Position numbers and translations under genes: made by a program. A DNA stretch of 57,814 bases, taken from the NCBI GenBank assembly GCA_009103225.1, contig RHPI01002438.1, forward strand, positions 570,943 to 628,756, in the 5' to 3' direction. Each line of letters starts with the position of its first letter. Position 1 is the first letter of the stretch. Of the stretch, positions 23,956-35,040 are shown in pieces. The notes beneath the pieces are model-generated. The model was not told where the DNA came from. It did not search any database and saw only the letters and a list, made by a program, of their open reading frames with translations. The stretch comes from Chlorokybus atmophyticus. Lineage: Eukaryota; Plantae; Mesostigma and Chlorokybus algae.

Positions 23956-26120
23956 GTAGGAATAGGCAAGCCTCATTTGTTGACATGGGCACGTGGATAG
24001 ATTACACTGGCTCAGTGTACTTACATATGAGTATACATGCAATCAACGTGCTTGGCGTGTACGTAAATTCTCTCTCGTGCGCACACTCAAACAGAACAAG
24101 CGATGTCAACTGGGTAATCCGACGTACCTGCAAAGGGCAGCCACCCCATCTTTGCGCTGGCTTGCTGCTCAAGTGTCTGCAACAGTGCCCAGCATGTACT
24201 GCGGCGCGTACAACCACTGCTCCTGCCGCCCCACTTGTTGCGCTAACCTTTGCAACTGCTGAAGCGGCTTTGAAGAAAGAGGGTCACTTCCTGGGGCTCA
24301 GCACAAGCCTGCCCTGCTAGCCCTGCCGTTTCACACCCCTTGCAAACCTAGTTCTGCGCTGTGACGCTGTTACAGAAGCAACCAAAAACTGCAGTGGCAC
24401 CATCCGTCCATGTCAGGCATTTGCTGTGACCATGTTGCCTGCAAAGAAGCAGCGTCTCCTCTTTCATACCCTGCTGAAGCCATGTGCACTGCAGCATGCA
24501 CAACAAAACAAGACTTGGCATGTTCTTTGACTCAGGTTGCGAGAATGACATCATAACCAGTTCAACCACCCGAGGACTAGCACAACATGCAGGCATAGTA
24601 TGCACATTCGCTGATGTGCACTCACGCACACACAGAGGAGAAAGCAGAATGCACTGGAGTAGTAGTCCAAGATGGAGACCTGGGTTGAAGCTTACTTGCA
24701 GGCAGTTGCCAAGATACACCTCCTACACCTTGTGCTGTAGCAGCTGGCGCTCCACGGCTTGAAGACCCACGATGATCATAACCCATCCATGCTTGAGAGA
24801 GCAGCTTGGGAACACCCTGCGTGCTCACCGTGTGCGCAGACTGCATGCTGTGTGGATGTTGCATGCCTTAACGGCCTTAAGAGAACGCAGGAAAGAGTCA
24901 TGTCTCCTGGTGCTCAGCACATGCCTGGCAAGCCCTGACGTTCTCACAACTGACATGCGCAGCGCAACGCAGGGACGCAGCAGATGGTGCAGTGAGGTTA
25001 CTCCAGCCACGGTCACTTCCTATACAGCCCTGATCAACCCTGCAGCGCAACAGTAACCACAGTCTTTGTGACTTGCTGTGTTTGTATACAATTGCTCAGC
25101 AACAGCTTCTTCAATTGCGCAGCCTGATTGAGTATGCAGTATGCATATCTTAGGCAGTGTTATGTAACCCAATCAACCTGATAACGCATTACGTTCAGGA
25201 AGGTACAGCATATGGCTGTTCAGCGCAGGTGCACGCTTGGGCACGGCTTCAGACAGCACAGGTACCCGTGCTGTCATCAGTACGTTCGCAAAAGGGCGGG
25301 AGTCAACGCCTAGGTTGCTAGCTGAGCTTCTCAACAAACATGACTACTAATAGCTGCCCTGCCTGACAGCCGCTAGCAGAACTCAACTAAACACAACAAG
25401 GTAATTTGGGCATGATCACGCGAATGTGTGCATGCTCAGACTCTGGCGCTCAGCATTAAGATTGCAAGCACGTCAAGCTGGCTGCAGCTAGCGCAGTGGT
25501 GGAAGTTTGCAGTTATAAGTGGCAACTAGACTTTACAGACTTCACACAGGCCTAGAAGTTATTCGTCCATGGCACAGATGGTCCACACACGAGCGCAGCT
25601 GTCACGTTACAGCAGTCAGCTGGATGCTTGCTGCCGTCATTTCGTAGATAGCGTTGCTTTCCAAACAAGTTGTGACGTGACAGCCGCTCGGACGTCAAGC
25701 CACGATAGGACTCCTAGTTCTTACATTGCTAATATCGTAAGGGAACACTACATACCGCTGACACCTCGACCATTGCGCTAACTAAAGTCAGCTGATGCTT
25801 GCAAGCCACGATAGCTGCAGACACTGACACGGCACCTGCATGAGCGCTACGGAGAAAATGTAAAGGATTGATCACATGCACACACCGTGCAAGTTGCAAG
25901 TCAACGCCAGCTGGTGCGCTTTGAGCTGAGTACGGCTGGGGGAAGGAGGCACTGCGTAGCTGTGAACAGCAAGACGTCCGTGGCAGTCAGCCCTGCATGG
26001 CCAACTCCCCTTCACTTCCCACTCCCCCTTCGCCCTCCCCGTCCACTTCCCACACACCCGCCGCCCACCTCCTCTACGGCGAACTGGCAGAGGTGAAGGC
26101 AAAGCACAATGTTGCTGGGC

Positions 26121-27068
26121 ATTAACTTAATGCCATTAAGGCCTCGTCAGCGTCAGCGTCAGGACCGCACGTAGTTTGTACGATCGGTGCAAACCGCTAT
26201 GCCATTGGTGTTCTTTCATACAGAGTTGCTATGCAATTGGCTGGCTCTGGGCATACATTTAATGCCGTAGAGGACTTACCTGCCGTATCGCACCCCTTGT
26301 GCGCCAGCCATCGCTGAGCACCTTGTGCGCACAAGCTCGTTGTGCGCACACGTTTACCACAACCGCCGTATGGCCCCGCCACCCATGTGCCTGTCGCTAA
26401 GGCTATCGGCGGAGGCGGCGGCAAGCACCGGCGTGTGAACAGTGTCGTATCCCACCCACCCTGATTTCCTCNCTGAGCACCTTGTGCGCACAAGCTCGTT
26501 GTGCGCACACGTTTACCACAACCGCCGTATGGCCCCGCCACCCATGTGCCTGTCGCTAAGGCTATCGGCGGAGGCGGCGGCAAGCACCGGCGTGTGAACA
26601 GTGTTGTATCCCACCCACCCTGATTTCCTCTTCCTCACACTGTATACACCGGTGTTTGCACGAACACGATCTGGCATGTATCGAGGTCGAGCGCAAGCTG
26701 TTGCTAGATCCAACAGCTTGTTGTGGACGGCTTTGACACTTCCGCGTGTTGGTGAATTAGACGGTGCAGACATGTTGTCTTGACACCGTACGATTTCACA
26801 GTCTTTCACCAACTGGGTTGCAGCTGGGGCAGACTTGTAGCGCATGCTGCCGCAAAGGAACGCATCCCAATTAATGCAATCCATTGTGCCCCCCATACCC
26901 AGCCAGCTGTTTACCCCTCTTTGGCTGCGTGCAACCAATGAGACGCTAGTCTGTAACAAGATTGAACACCGTGGAGACTCTGTGCTTAATTAACTTAATG
27001 CCATTAAGGCCTCGTCAGCGTCAGGACCGCACGTAGTTTGTACGATCGGTGCAAACCGCTATGCCATT
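26121..27068. repeat. Segment bounded by about 80-86-bp direct repeats (26121-26206, 26989-27068)
   Basis: attaacttaatgccattaaggcctcgtcagcgtcag(cgtcag)gaccgcacgtagtttgtacgatcggtgcaaaccgctatgccatt occurs twice. No TSD seen. Confidence 0.8.
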
Positions 27069-28055
27069 AATGATGGCAATGAGTTAGGCCTATGACCCAT
27101 AACTCTTGGTTAAGTTCGGGTGCGAAAGGCGACATGTATCTTCAGTCACTCTTGATTCCCGAGCAGATTATAGCTCATCATGCTTGTTGAGGCGTGTGGG
27201 CGGGGAGGAGGGGGCGGGATGCGACGCCGCCTATTGTTAAGGCGAAGCTCAAAGGCAGTCAGGCTTGCATATGGAGGCAGGTGCTGTGCGTGTTGCTGAT
27301 CAACAGTCTCAGCATGTCTCGTGCCTGCCAACATTGCTGCTGAGCCTTGGAGCCTGGTACCATTTTCAGTTTGGGAGAAAAACCCGTCGGTACTTGGTCT
27401 TCACACAGACTGACTCTCTCTCTCTTTCCCCCCTCCTAAATATGTCAGTCAGAACGCCTCAACACACTGCGCCGAGCCCGTCCTGTATGACATGCTCAAG
27501 GTCATGTGTTTGCTTGACCTACAACTGTTCACAGCTGGCGCAGTGAATTCCCTCGTTTTTTTGTTAACACATCATGCCGTCACAAGGTTACAAGCGGTGC
27601 TATACATCCACATTCGCTGACACATTTACACCTTGGCAGGCAAGTTTCAGCGTAGGCGCTTTGTCGCTGTCTTATAGAGTTTTTGTCTTCACATTACCGG
27701 TAGGTGTCGCAACAATTTGTATAAGCAAACGAGATGACCATGCGATGCTTGTCTTGCCCAAACTGGTCTTTGCACGACAGCATTTTGCTTGGCTGCCGTG
27801 GCAGCGCCCTGCTCTGGTGCGACAAGAAAGGAGACGAAGGACACTTGAAGATGGCTGACATGGTTGGCATCATTACCGCTCTGGCAACTGCGACGGGTGT
27901 GATGTTTGGGATATACTTCTTCATACACAATGGAAGGGATGCTCTGAGCAGACAGGCAGCCGACCTGCACAACCGCTATGGTGATGTCGGTGATGCAATG
28001 GATGTGATTGAGTTTTGCAATGAATGCCTCACTTTAGGGCAAAGAGAGAGCTATT

Positions 28056-29922
28056 CACACCGATTGACGTCAAAGGACCATAAATGGTCCGTACCCTCGA
28101 ACCGGGATTTTGCCCTTCTAAGTGAATTCCGTGGACCATGTCTGGTCGGACTGTCATTGACAGTCCGACCATGCATGGTCCAAAACTCACGTGAACGGTC
28201 CCATGTTTTTTTGGGGTCGCACCATGTCTGGTCCGGCCTGTTTACGGTCGCGTCAGGACCAGGTACGAGCCAGTCAGCGGACCAGGGACTTAACAAAAAC
28301 ATTTATTTACCAGTCATTACTGGTCCGGCCAGCGGACCATCGACCGTAATATTTATTTATAAGCATCAGATGTAATGCAAATGACGGAAAAGTGCTCTAT
28401 CTTGAGCCGGCAGCACCGGCTACGCCCGACCTGCGGGGCTGCAGGCTGCAGCGCACGAGGCCGCGGCGTCTTAGAAATGATTAGTGAAGAAATCATGCAT
28501 CTATCGAGAGTCGAACCCAAGACCTTTGGGACACAAACACGACACCCTAACCACTAAGCTACATGTGTACGTACCGGTAGGGACGGTGCAGTACTTGCAG
28601 AATAGACTGTACCGACGGCCGCTTGGCATCTGTCGGCGGCGGAAATTGCACAGGAAGTCGGCGTTGTGAATTGACAGGCCCATAGCCAGTGCATGCGCTA
28701 TCAATGTGCATAGGCTGTACCAGTATTAATCCACGGTATCATTATTTTACGTCATTATTGATGACACAGGCAGCCGCAACTCGGCGGCTGCCAAGGTGTG
28801 TAAACTACAATGCTTTGTTGGGGGCTGTCCATGAGTATGTAACCTTGTTTGGGGTTGTCAATATCCTGGTTGCGTGCGCATACACACACCTACATGTGTA
28901 CATATGTAAACATTCGTGTATAGATACATATACACGTTTACATGATATAATTACGAAACGACGAGCATTGCGGCATTAATGTAGGTATTTATTGGCTGAT
29001 TAGACACAATGTTTGGTCGGGGCTGTCAATCATTCTGCGGTCTCATAAGAGGCTATGTTCATAAGTGATGTAATTTATGTATACTCTTAATACATATGTT
29101 TACATGAGACATACCTTGTACACGGCTCACCCAATAATACGGCTGATATAGCCATCTATAATGCGTATAAGATATATCCATTTGTGCACACGCTAATATT
29201 CATATATCTGTATAAAATATTATATATTTAATGTTCATATATACGTAGATACCGAGATAAACGCATAGAACATGTTAATGGTGCATGATCACAAATTCTT
29301 GCAACTACACGTACGGTGCTATGAAGTATGTTAATTGCATAGACAGCCCCTTACAGCTTAGTTGACAGCCGGCCGGCTGTCAATCAGCCGCCGACCATTT
29401 GCGGCTATCCACTTGCGGCTGTCCACGGTGTATAGCCGACAGTCGGTGCGGCTGTCGGCTATACACGCCGTCAATTAACACGTTAAGTGCTCTTGTGCAA
29501 TCAGGCAGTTAGGCAATCTATTGTACCTTACGCAGGTTGTTGCTACCTACTCATGATAGCGGCAGGGCCGCGGTCACTGGTCCGTGCTGCACCGTATATA
29601 GAGCGGCGCGGACCGTGCGTGTATAGAGCGGCACCATGTACGGTGCATGCTAATAGGGCCACAGAACTGCGGGACCGCACCTGGTCCGCATTCAAGGGCC
29701 AGCGTACAGTACTGGTTCGTGCCGCACCATCCATGGTGCGGCACGGACCATGCGTGGTGCGCGTCGCCGCGCCAGCCATTCACGGGCCGCGGAGCCCCGA
29801 ATGGACCAGGAACGGTCCGTCCCCCGCGGACCAGGCAGTCCTGGCCCGCGGGATACGGACTATGCATGGTCCGCGGGGTCCGTGAAAGGACCATGCATGG
29901 TCCTTCAACGTCAAGCCGTGTG
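28056..29922. mobile_element. Non-autonomous CACAC-ended DNA transposon (CMC/EnSpm-like), 1867 bp
   Basis: 35-bp imperfect TIRs (29/35 identical), ATT target-site duplication (28053-28055, 29923-29925), and palindromic GGACCAT-NN-ATGGTCC subterminal repeats. Confidence 0.85.
28496..28565 (-). ncRNA. tRNA-derived (SINE-like) sequence inside the element
   Basis: Minus strand GTAGCTTAGTGG (A-box) and GGTTCGACTC (B-box) at tRNA spacing, with a degenerate acceptor stem. Confidence 0.55.
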
Positions 29923-30798
29923 ATTATGCTGTCTTCAAGCGGGATCGGCCAAGGCACATTGAAGAAGCCAGGGCCAAGTTGAGAAACTTTTGGGATTGGT
30001 TGTAACGCAATATGAGAGCGGTTCGATTTCAAAAGACGTGCTAGCATTTACGAACGACTGGTTGGCAAGAGGCAACAACTACCGGTTGCTGGTGGAGCCT
30101 ATTGACATTGCCAACTGGTACTCTCTAAGGGGGGCAAATTATCATTGCAGTTCGGGCAAGCACTACCTCCGTCTCTCGCCTATCGAGGCTGTTGTGAGGC
30201 CACGGCGTTATTACATGCTAAAGCGGGCATACCGCAACGCATACCTCGAGAGGAATGAGAGCTCAATTGACTGCGCGTCAAAGGAGCTCATGGCAGCTGG
30301 AGTCATAGCCAATCGCCAGATGGACAATGACCTTAGGCTCCCAGCGCATCAGCTCTCTGATGAGAAGGCAATCCGTGACTGACTGCGAGGTTCTATGGAG
30401 AATCAAGCTCACTGAGTCAATGGGCATGGTAGCCCACCCCAACACCTATTGAATACCTCAGACAATAAGACAACATATGGCCGACGCTTGTCAATATTTT
30501 AGAAGTACATTGCATTTGCTGGCATGTATATGCAAGAACTATGACCTGACGCGTAGCATGCCGACGCACACACACAAACACAGCAAATCAAACAAGCAAA
30601 CTGTCGGGTCGAGGGGAGTCGAGGGTCACGCTGTCTCGGACAGCTGCAGGGACAGACATGCTTGCTAGACATGCTACTGCGCCACATTTGTAACGCGCAG
30701 CAAAAGCAAAAGATGACCCAACCCTCATGGTGACAAGTGCTTTGTGCAGCTGGTCTGCTGCTGCCGGGTAGTACGGGCAGGTGAAGTCGGGGTTCTCC

Positions 30799-31040
30799 CT
30801 AGTGTACATGCTGTGCTGTAGGACACACAGTCAAAAAAACGTGAGAGAGGAAGGCTTGAGACACCCTCCTGCTGCTCTTGTCGGGTAATGGTACCAGCTC
30901 CACCCATTTGGAGAAGTGCTTGATCATGTCCAGGATGTAACGGTTGCCACGCGCTGAGGGTGCCCAGTCTCCCAAGATGTCGAGCCCCCACCGGTAAAAG
31001 AGACCGGAGATGGGGAGTGGGTGAATGCGAAGCTCAGCTC
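30799..31040 (-). pseudogene. Integrase core fragment
   Basis: LFYRWGLDILGDWAPSARGNRYILDMIKHFSKWVELVPLPDKSS, typical of the start of an rve domain. Confidence 0.8.
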
Positions 31041-32950
31041 CAGCAGCCATACCATGCTGTTCTGGTCCATGGCGCGGCCAAGCAGCTGGCATTGCTGACT
31101 ATCTGTCAGCGATGAGCCCGTGATGCTGCTGGGGAAGAATCCCATGGCGCGTTCACGTTCGCGTGCGTTGGGTTCCTCCAGCCTGTTGGTGGTCGCATCA
31201 AACACCATCCCGTCACCACCATTCCAAAATGTGTAGGAGCCTGGGTAGGACACCAATGTGGGGAGTGCGCGACGGGGCTGACCGGGCTGATTGCACGGGT
31301 AGAAGTGGTTGTGGTCATAACGCAGGACAGGTTGTGCTTTGCGGCCGGGGTCAAGGATGTCATCCACCAGCAGGTTGCGCGGCCGAGCGCTGCGTGTGTA
31401 TTGCGGTCATGAGCTCCTCCACGAAGGCCAAGTTTGTCCACTTGGCCCGTACACGATGTGCGCGCAAGCCATGTCACCTTGAGTGGGTGCCCCAAAATGG
31501 AGCAAATTTGTCGGTAGCTGGAGGCCACGTGCGGGCGCTTGTCGTCCTTTAAATGCACATTTTCAATGACGTACCCCAGGGGTCTGAAGATCTGGTGGTG
31601 TTGAAGGAGGTGAATGATTCTCATCAGCTCCCAAAATAGCCCTGAGCGAGGGTCTTCGAGGCCTTGCCCCTTGCCTGCCCTGGAGTGCCCTTGGCATTCC
31701 CACGCAGCTATTAATAGGTCGACGTTGCCGAGGGACAGTGGGTGATCTTCGGTGATCAGCCGGATGTCTTGTGGCAACGCTTTGAGGCTGCCTTGCAACG
31801 CCGAGAGGGGTAGTTGCTGTGGATATCTCTCGTGCAGTTGGCGTAAGTGGTGCTTGAGGGCCGTTTGCGTGTGTGGGTCTGGGTCGCAGTAATGGTACTT
31901 GACAACCTTCACACCTGTGTTGAGGACAGCGGCAAGACCACTGCCAATGCCTCCAAACAGCTCCAACACTGTGATGCCCTGCTGCCTGCGAAAGGTGTGG
32001 AACTCCACCATTCCGGTGGCCACCATATGCTGGTCCTGCACCTTGTTGTGGCTCCGGTAGTTGGGGAAGCGCGTGGTGATCAGTGGCTGGCTCAGCAAGA
32101 CGTGTGCGTCCACCTGTGCGCGCCAGCGCCGTTCGGCTTGGTCTTGTAATGCTACTTCCACGGTGGCATCCTCCCGCTCCTCGTTGTAAGGGGTGGGAGA
32201 GGAGTCGACGGTTCGACACGGAGCCGTGGCACCAGCAGCGACTTTCGTCCGAGCGCTGTCGTATGTGGCCGCTGCAGCCTCCCGTGTGAGGGCGTGGCTG
32301 CGCGTGGCCACGGCAGCCACTTTGCGTTGGGTGCGCGTGCGCGAGACCAACTCGAGAGGCAGGAAACTCTGCACCTCTCCGTCATCCTTATCCCAATGTG
32401 GCCGAAACCACGCCCGCTCTGTCCAGCAGTCGAGGCCCATGCCCACAGAGAAGTTGAAGTCCTGCCCAAGCAGAAAGGCGAAGGAGCCGGCATTGATGAC
32501 CACACATTGCTGGATGATCTCGGTTGTGTGGGTTGGGTCCAGCCCTGTCAACCGAATGCAAAAGGCCTCCCTGGTGATTCCCATCACCTTATCTCGGCTA
32601 CCTGTGGCAGTGTCTAACACGTACGGGCAAGGCATTAAGTCGGAGCTGGTTATGCCGAGGGATCGCGCGAGGAAGCGCCCGATGATGACAGGCTGTGCTC
32701 CGGTGTGCAGCATCACTCGCTTGGGTGCCAGGCCGTTAATGGCGACGTGATTGCCTTGGTTGGCCACCATGGCAGCATTCGCGTTGATGCGGCCTCTTTG
32801 TACGAGCTGTCTGCACCTTTGCCTTAGTTCTCTCAGCTCGGGGTGCTGAGCGCATTGCAGCCAGAGCTCCTCTGCCTGCTGGGTCCGGAGGACCGCCTCC
32901 TTGCCCTCTCCCTCTGCCGAACCGACCTTGTCTTGGTGGTTGGTAGACAC
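30924..32950 (-). pseudogene. pol fragment: aspartic protease (LHTGA, catalytic D to H) plus Dnmt3-like C5-methyltransferase, frameshifted
   Basis: VLELFGGIGSG (motif I), AAWECQGHS (IV), GLEDPRSGLFWELMRII, YVIENV (VI), AHRVRAKWTNL in a shifted frame (VIII), ERERAMGF...LLGRAMD (IX/X). Confidence 0.85.
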
Positions 32951-35040
32951 GGGGGGGCCTCGGTGCTGAAGGTTCCGGCGCCGGTTGTGGTGGCGGCGCA
33001 GGTGGATGCTGCCTCTGCGAAGATGGAATCATGCCCGCGGGTGTACCCAATGGCTGTGGAGGAAACCCCGGAGGATCCGGTGTTTGTGGGCCTGCCTCGC
33101 GTTTAGCTTGCTCCGCGGCGTACGTCCATCGGACAGCGTGAGCCGCCTCTCTGACCAACGTCCCTTCCCACGTGACCGTGGGCTCGGTGTCCATGTTGGT
33201 CCAGTGATGATATTGAGGCATGGGCTGCAGGTATACGGCGCGTAGTAGCTGTCGCCGCATGTCGTGGGTGATGGTGGGGACTCGCAAGATCCCTGCCATG
33301 TAGGCATCCCACCTTCCTTGTACCACTCCCACATCGAGCACGGTCATGACGCCCGCGCGTAAGGTGCGCTGGAGGTCAGTCTGCTGTGCGTGTAGCACAT
33401 GAGCAATGGCGATGCGCCGCCGTTGTCGTGCGGCTTCCACCCCTGGCAGCCGCAGCATTGCCTCTTGCACTCCCTCCAGCGTATCCGGGGCCGTGGTGGC
33501 AGCCTCGTCGTATGCTTGTCGCAGCGAACGAACGAATGCCCCCAACCATGATGCTCGGTTGCCAAAGGCAAACAGGGGGACAGCAGGGTGATTGGCAACA
33601 AGCCATGTCACGAGATGAGCTCGAGCGGCGCTGCCCTCTCGCATCCCCATTATTTGTCTTGATGTGTTGCCCTCAGGCCTGTGCAGCATGACTGCTTGTC
33701 GAATGAGTGCGGTACGGAGTTGTTGCTCCCCCACCATACCAGCTCCTGCTCGTTGTATGGTGTCCCTTTGCGGGGTGAGGTACCCTCGCCCTGCATTGCG
33801 TTGATCCTCAGGCATGTCTTCAACCAAAGGAGGCAGCAGCGGGGCGATTACCCCCCTCAATTGTTGTGCCAACGCCCGCGCTTGGTCTGCAACATTCGCT
33901 TGTCCTGGCTGTGCGATGGCGACTGCCGTGGAGTGCACTATGGTCAGCGCCGTGGAGGCGCTGGCGACATCTGCCGGCGCTGCGGCTGGTACGGCAACGG
34001 CGTGTGCTGCTTCGTACGCCTGTCGGCGCGCGTCCACTTTGGCAGCTTGATCCACCCGATATCGATGTGCCTGTTCGAGGGCAGAGAACCGCTCTTGACG
34101 GCTGCCTTGAGTGAGCCCCCGAAGTGCGGGATCGGTGCCCAGCGCAATGTCCGACGTGGTGACCACGAGGTCTTGTATTTTGCGACGCTGGAGTCCGAGT
34201 GGGTCCAGTGGTGAGGGCTCGAAGTCGATCTGTTGCGCGGGCATTGGTTGCCGCGATTGACTGGGAGCGCCCTACAACCTCGCGTGTAATGCCAAGCACA
34301 ACTGAATGGCCAGCTCTAACACTGCAGGTCGCCGGTAGGTGACCCCGAAGAGACGATCCCTCATCTCCGGAGCAGTGCCGGCGAGGATTTCATCCTCCAG
34401 CTGCTGTTGTGTGGGTTCAAGCAGCGTGTGGTACTCTGGAGGTGGTAGGGGCAAGATGCGATCATCGCGTGCCACGCGCGTGGTGCGTTGCCCCCCTGGT
34501 CCGTACGCAATGGTGGTGGGCTCCACGTTGTGTAGAATCGACGCCCAAGCGCGTTCTGCTTGTGGTCTGCGTGGCACTTGCTATGTGACATCAAGTGCTG
34601 GTGGCGGTGCTGTTCGAACTTCATGTAGTGGTGCAGTGGGTGTGGCAGCAATACTTGAGGCGATGGTTGTGGCACCTGCAGCAGTCGTTGTCACTGAGGT
34701 GGCGGCTGTGAGGGTGGCAGTAGTTGTGGCCGATGTGGTTGCTTTAATGGAGGCAGGAGTGGTGGCTTCACCACCCACGAACCCAACGACCATGGTTGTT
34801 GCGGCGTTGATGCTTTCCATCACCGGGGACAGCGTGGTGCCAAGACTGCTGGCACCTGCTGTCGTGGTCGGTGTGGATGCCGACGGTGTCGTTGGCGGCG
34901 TCGTCCCAGCAGTGGTTGTGGCTGCCGAGGCAGCACCACTTGTGGCGTCCGTCGATGCCGCTGTTAACGACGCGCCAGCTTCCCTGCGCGCACGTCTTGA
35001 TGGTTGTACGCGTGACGGCGTGGGAGTGTCCCTATCCCGT
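32736..35040 (-). CDS. Long unknown reading frame between gag and protease (502-aa ORF, extended upstream through two in-frame stops)
   Basis: ORFs 34581-34823, 34272-34577 and 32736-34244 share one frame and are separated only by TAG codons. Confidence 0.5.

Larger units (their letters stand above)
27851..30382 (+). pseudogene. EDS1/PAD4/SAG101-type EP-domain gene without lipase domain, with N-terminal hydrophobic helix; interrupted by a transposon and a 1-nt frameshift
   Basis: Joining 28055 to 29926 gives MADMVGIITALATATGVMFGIYFFI...AMDVIEFCNECLTLGQRESYYAVFKRDRPRHIEEARAKLRNFWD. After a frameshift near 29996 it continues LVVTQYESGSISKDVLAFTNDWLARGNNYRLLVEPIDIANWY...GKHYL...RPRRYYMLKRAY. 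Confidence 0.85.

Noticed and set aside
24800-25050. Cys/His pattern suggesting a ZZ finger (CENVRACQAC)
   Set aside because: Incomplete ligand set and several stops.
26314-26630. 158-bp tandem duplication
   Set aside because: The copies are joined by a single n at 26472, most likely unmerged contig ends.
30480-30700. 3' LTR matching 37615-37770
   Set aside because: Only a short acagcg.gaccctcg match was found, which is not enough to call an LTR pair.
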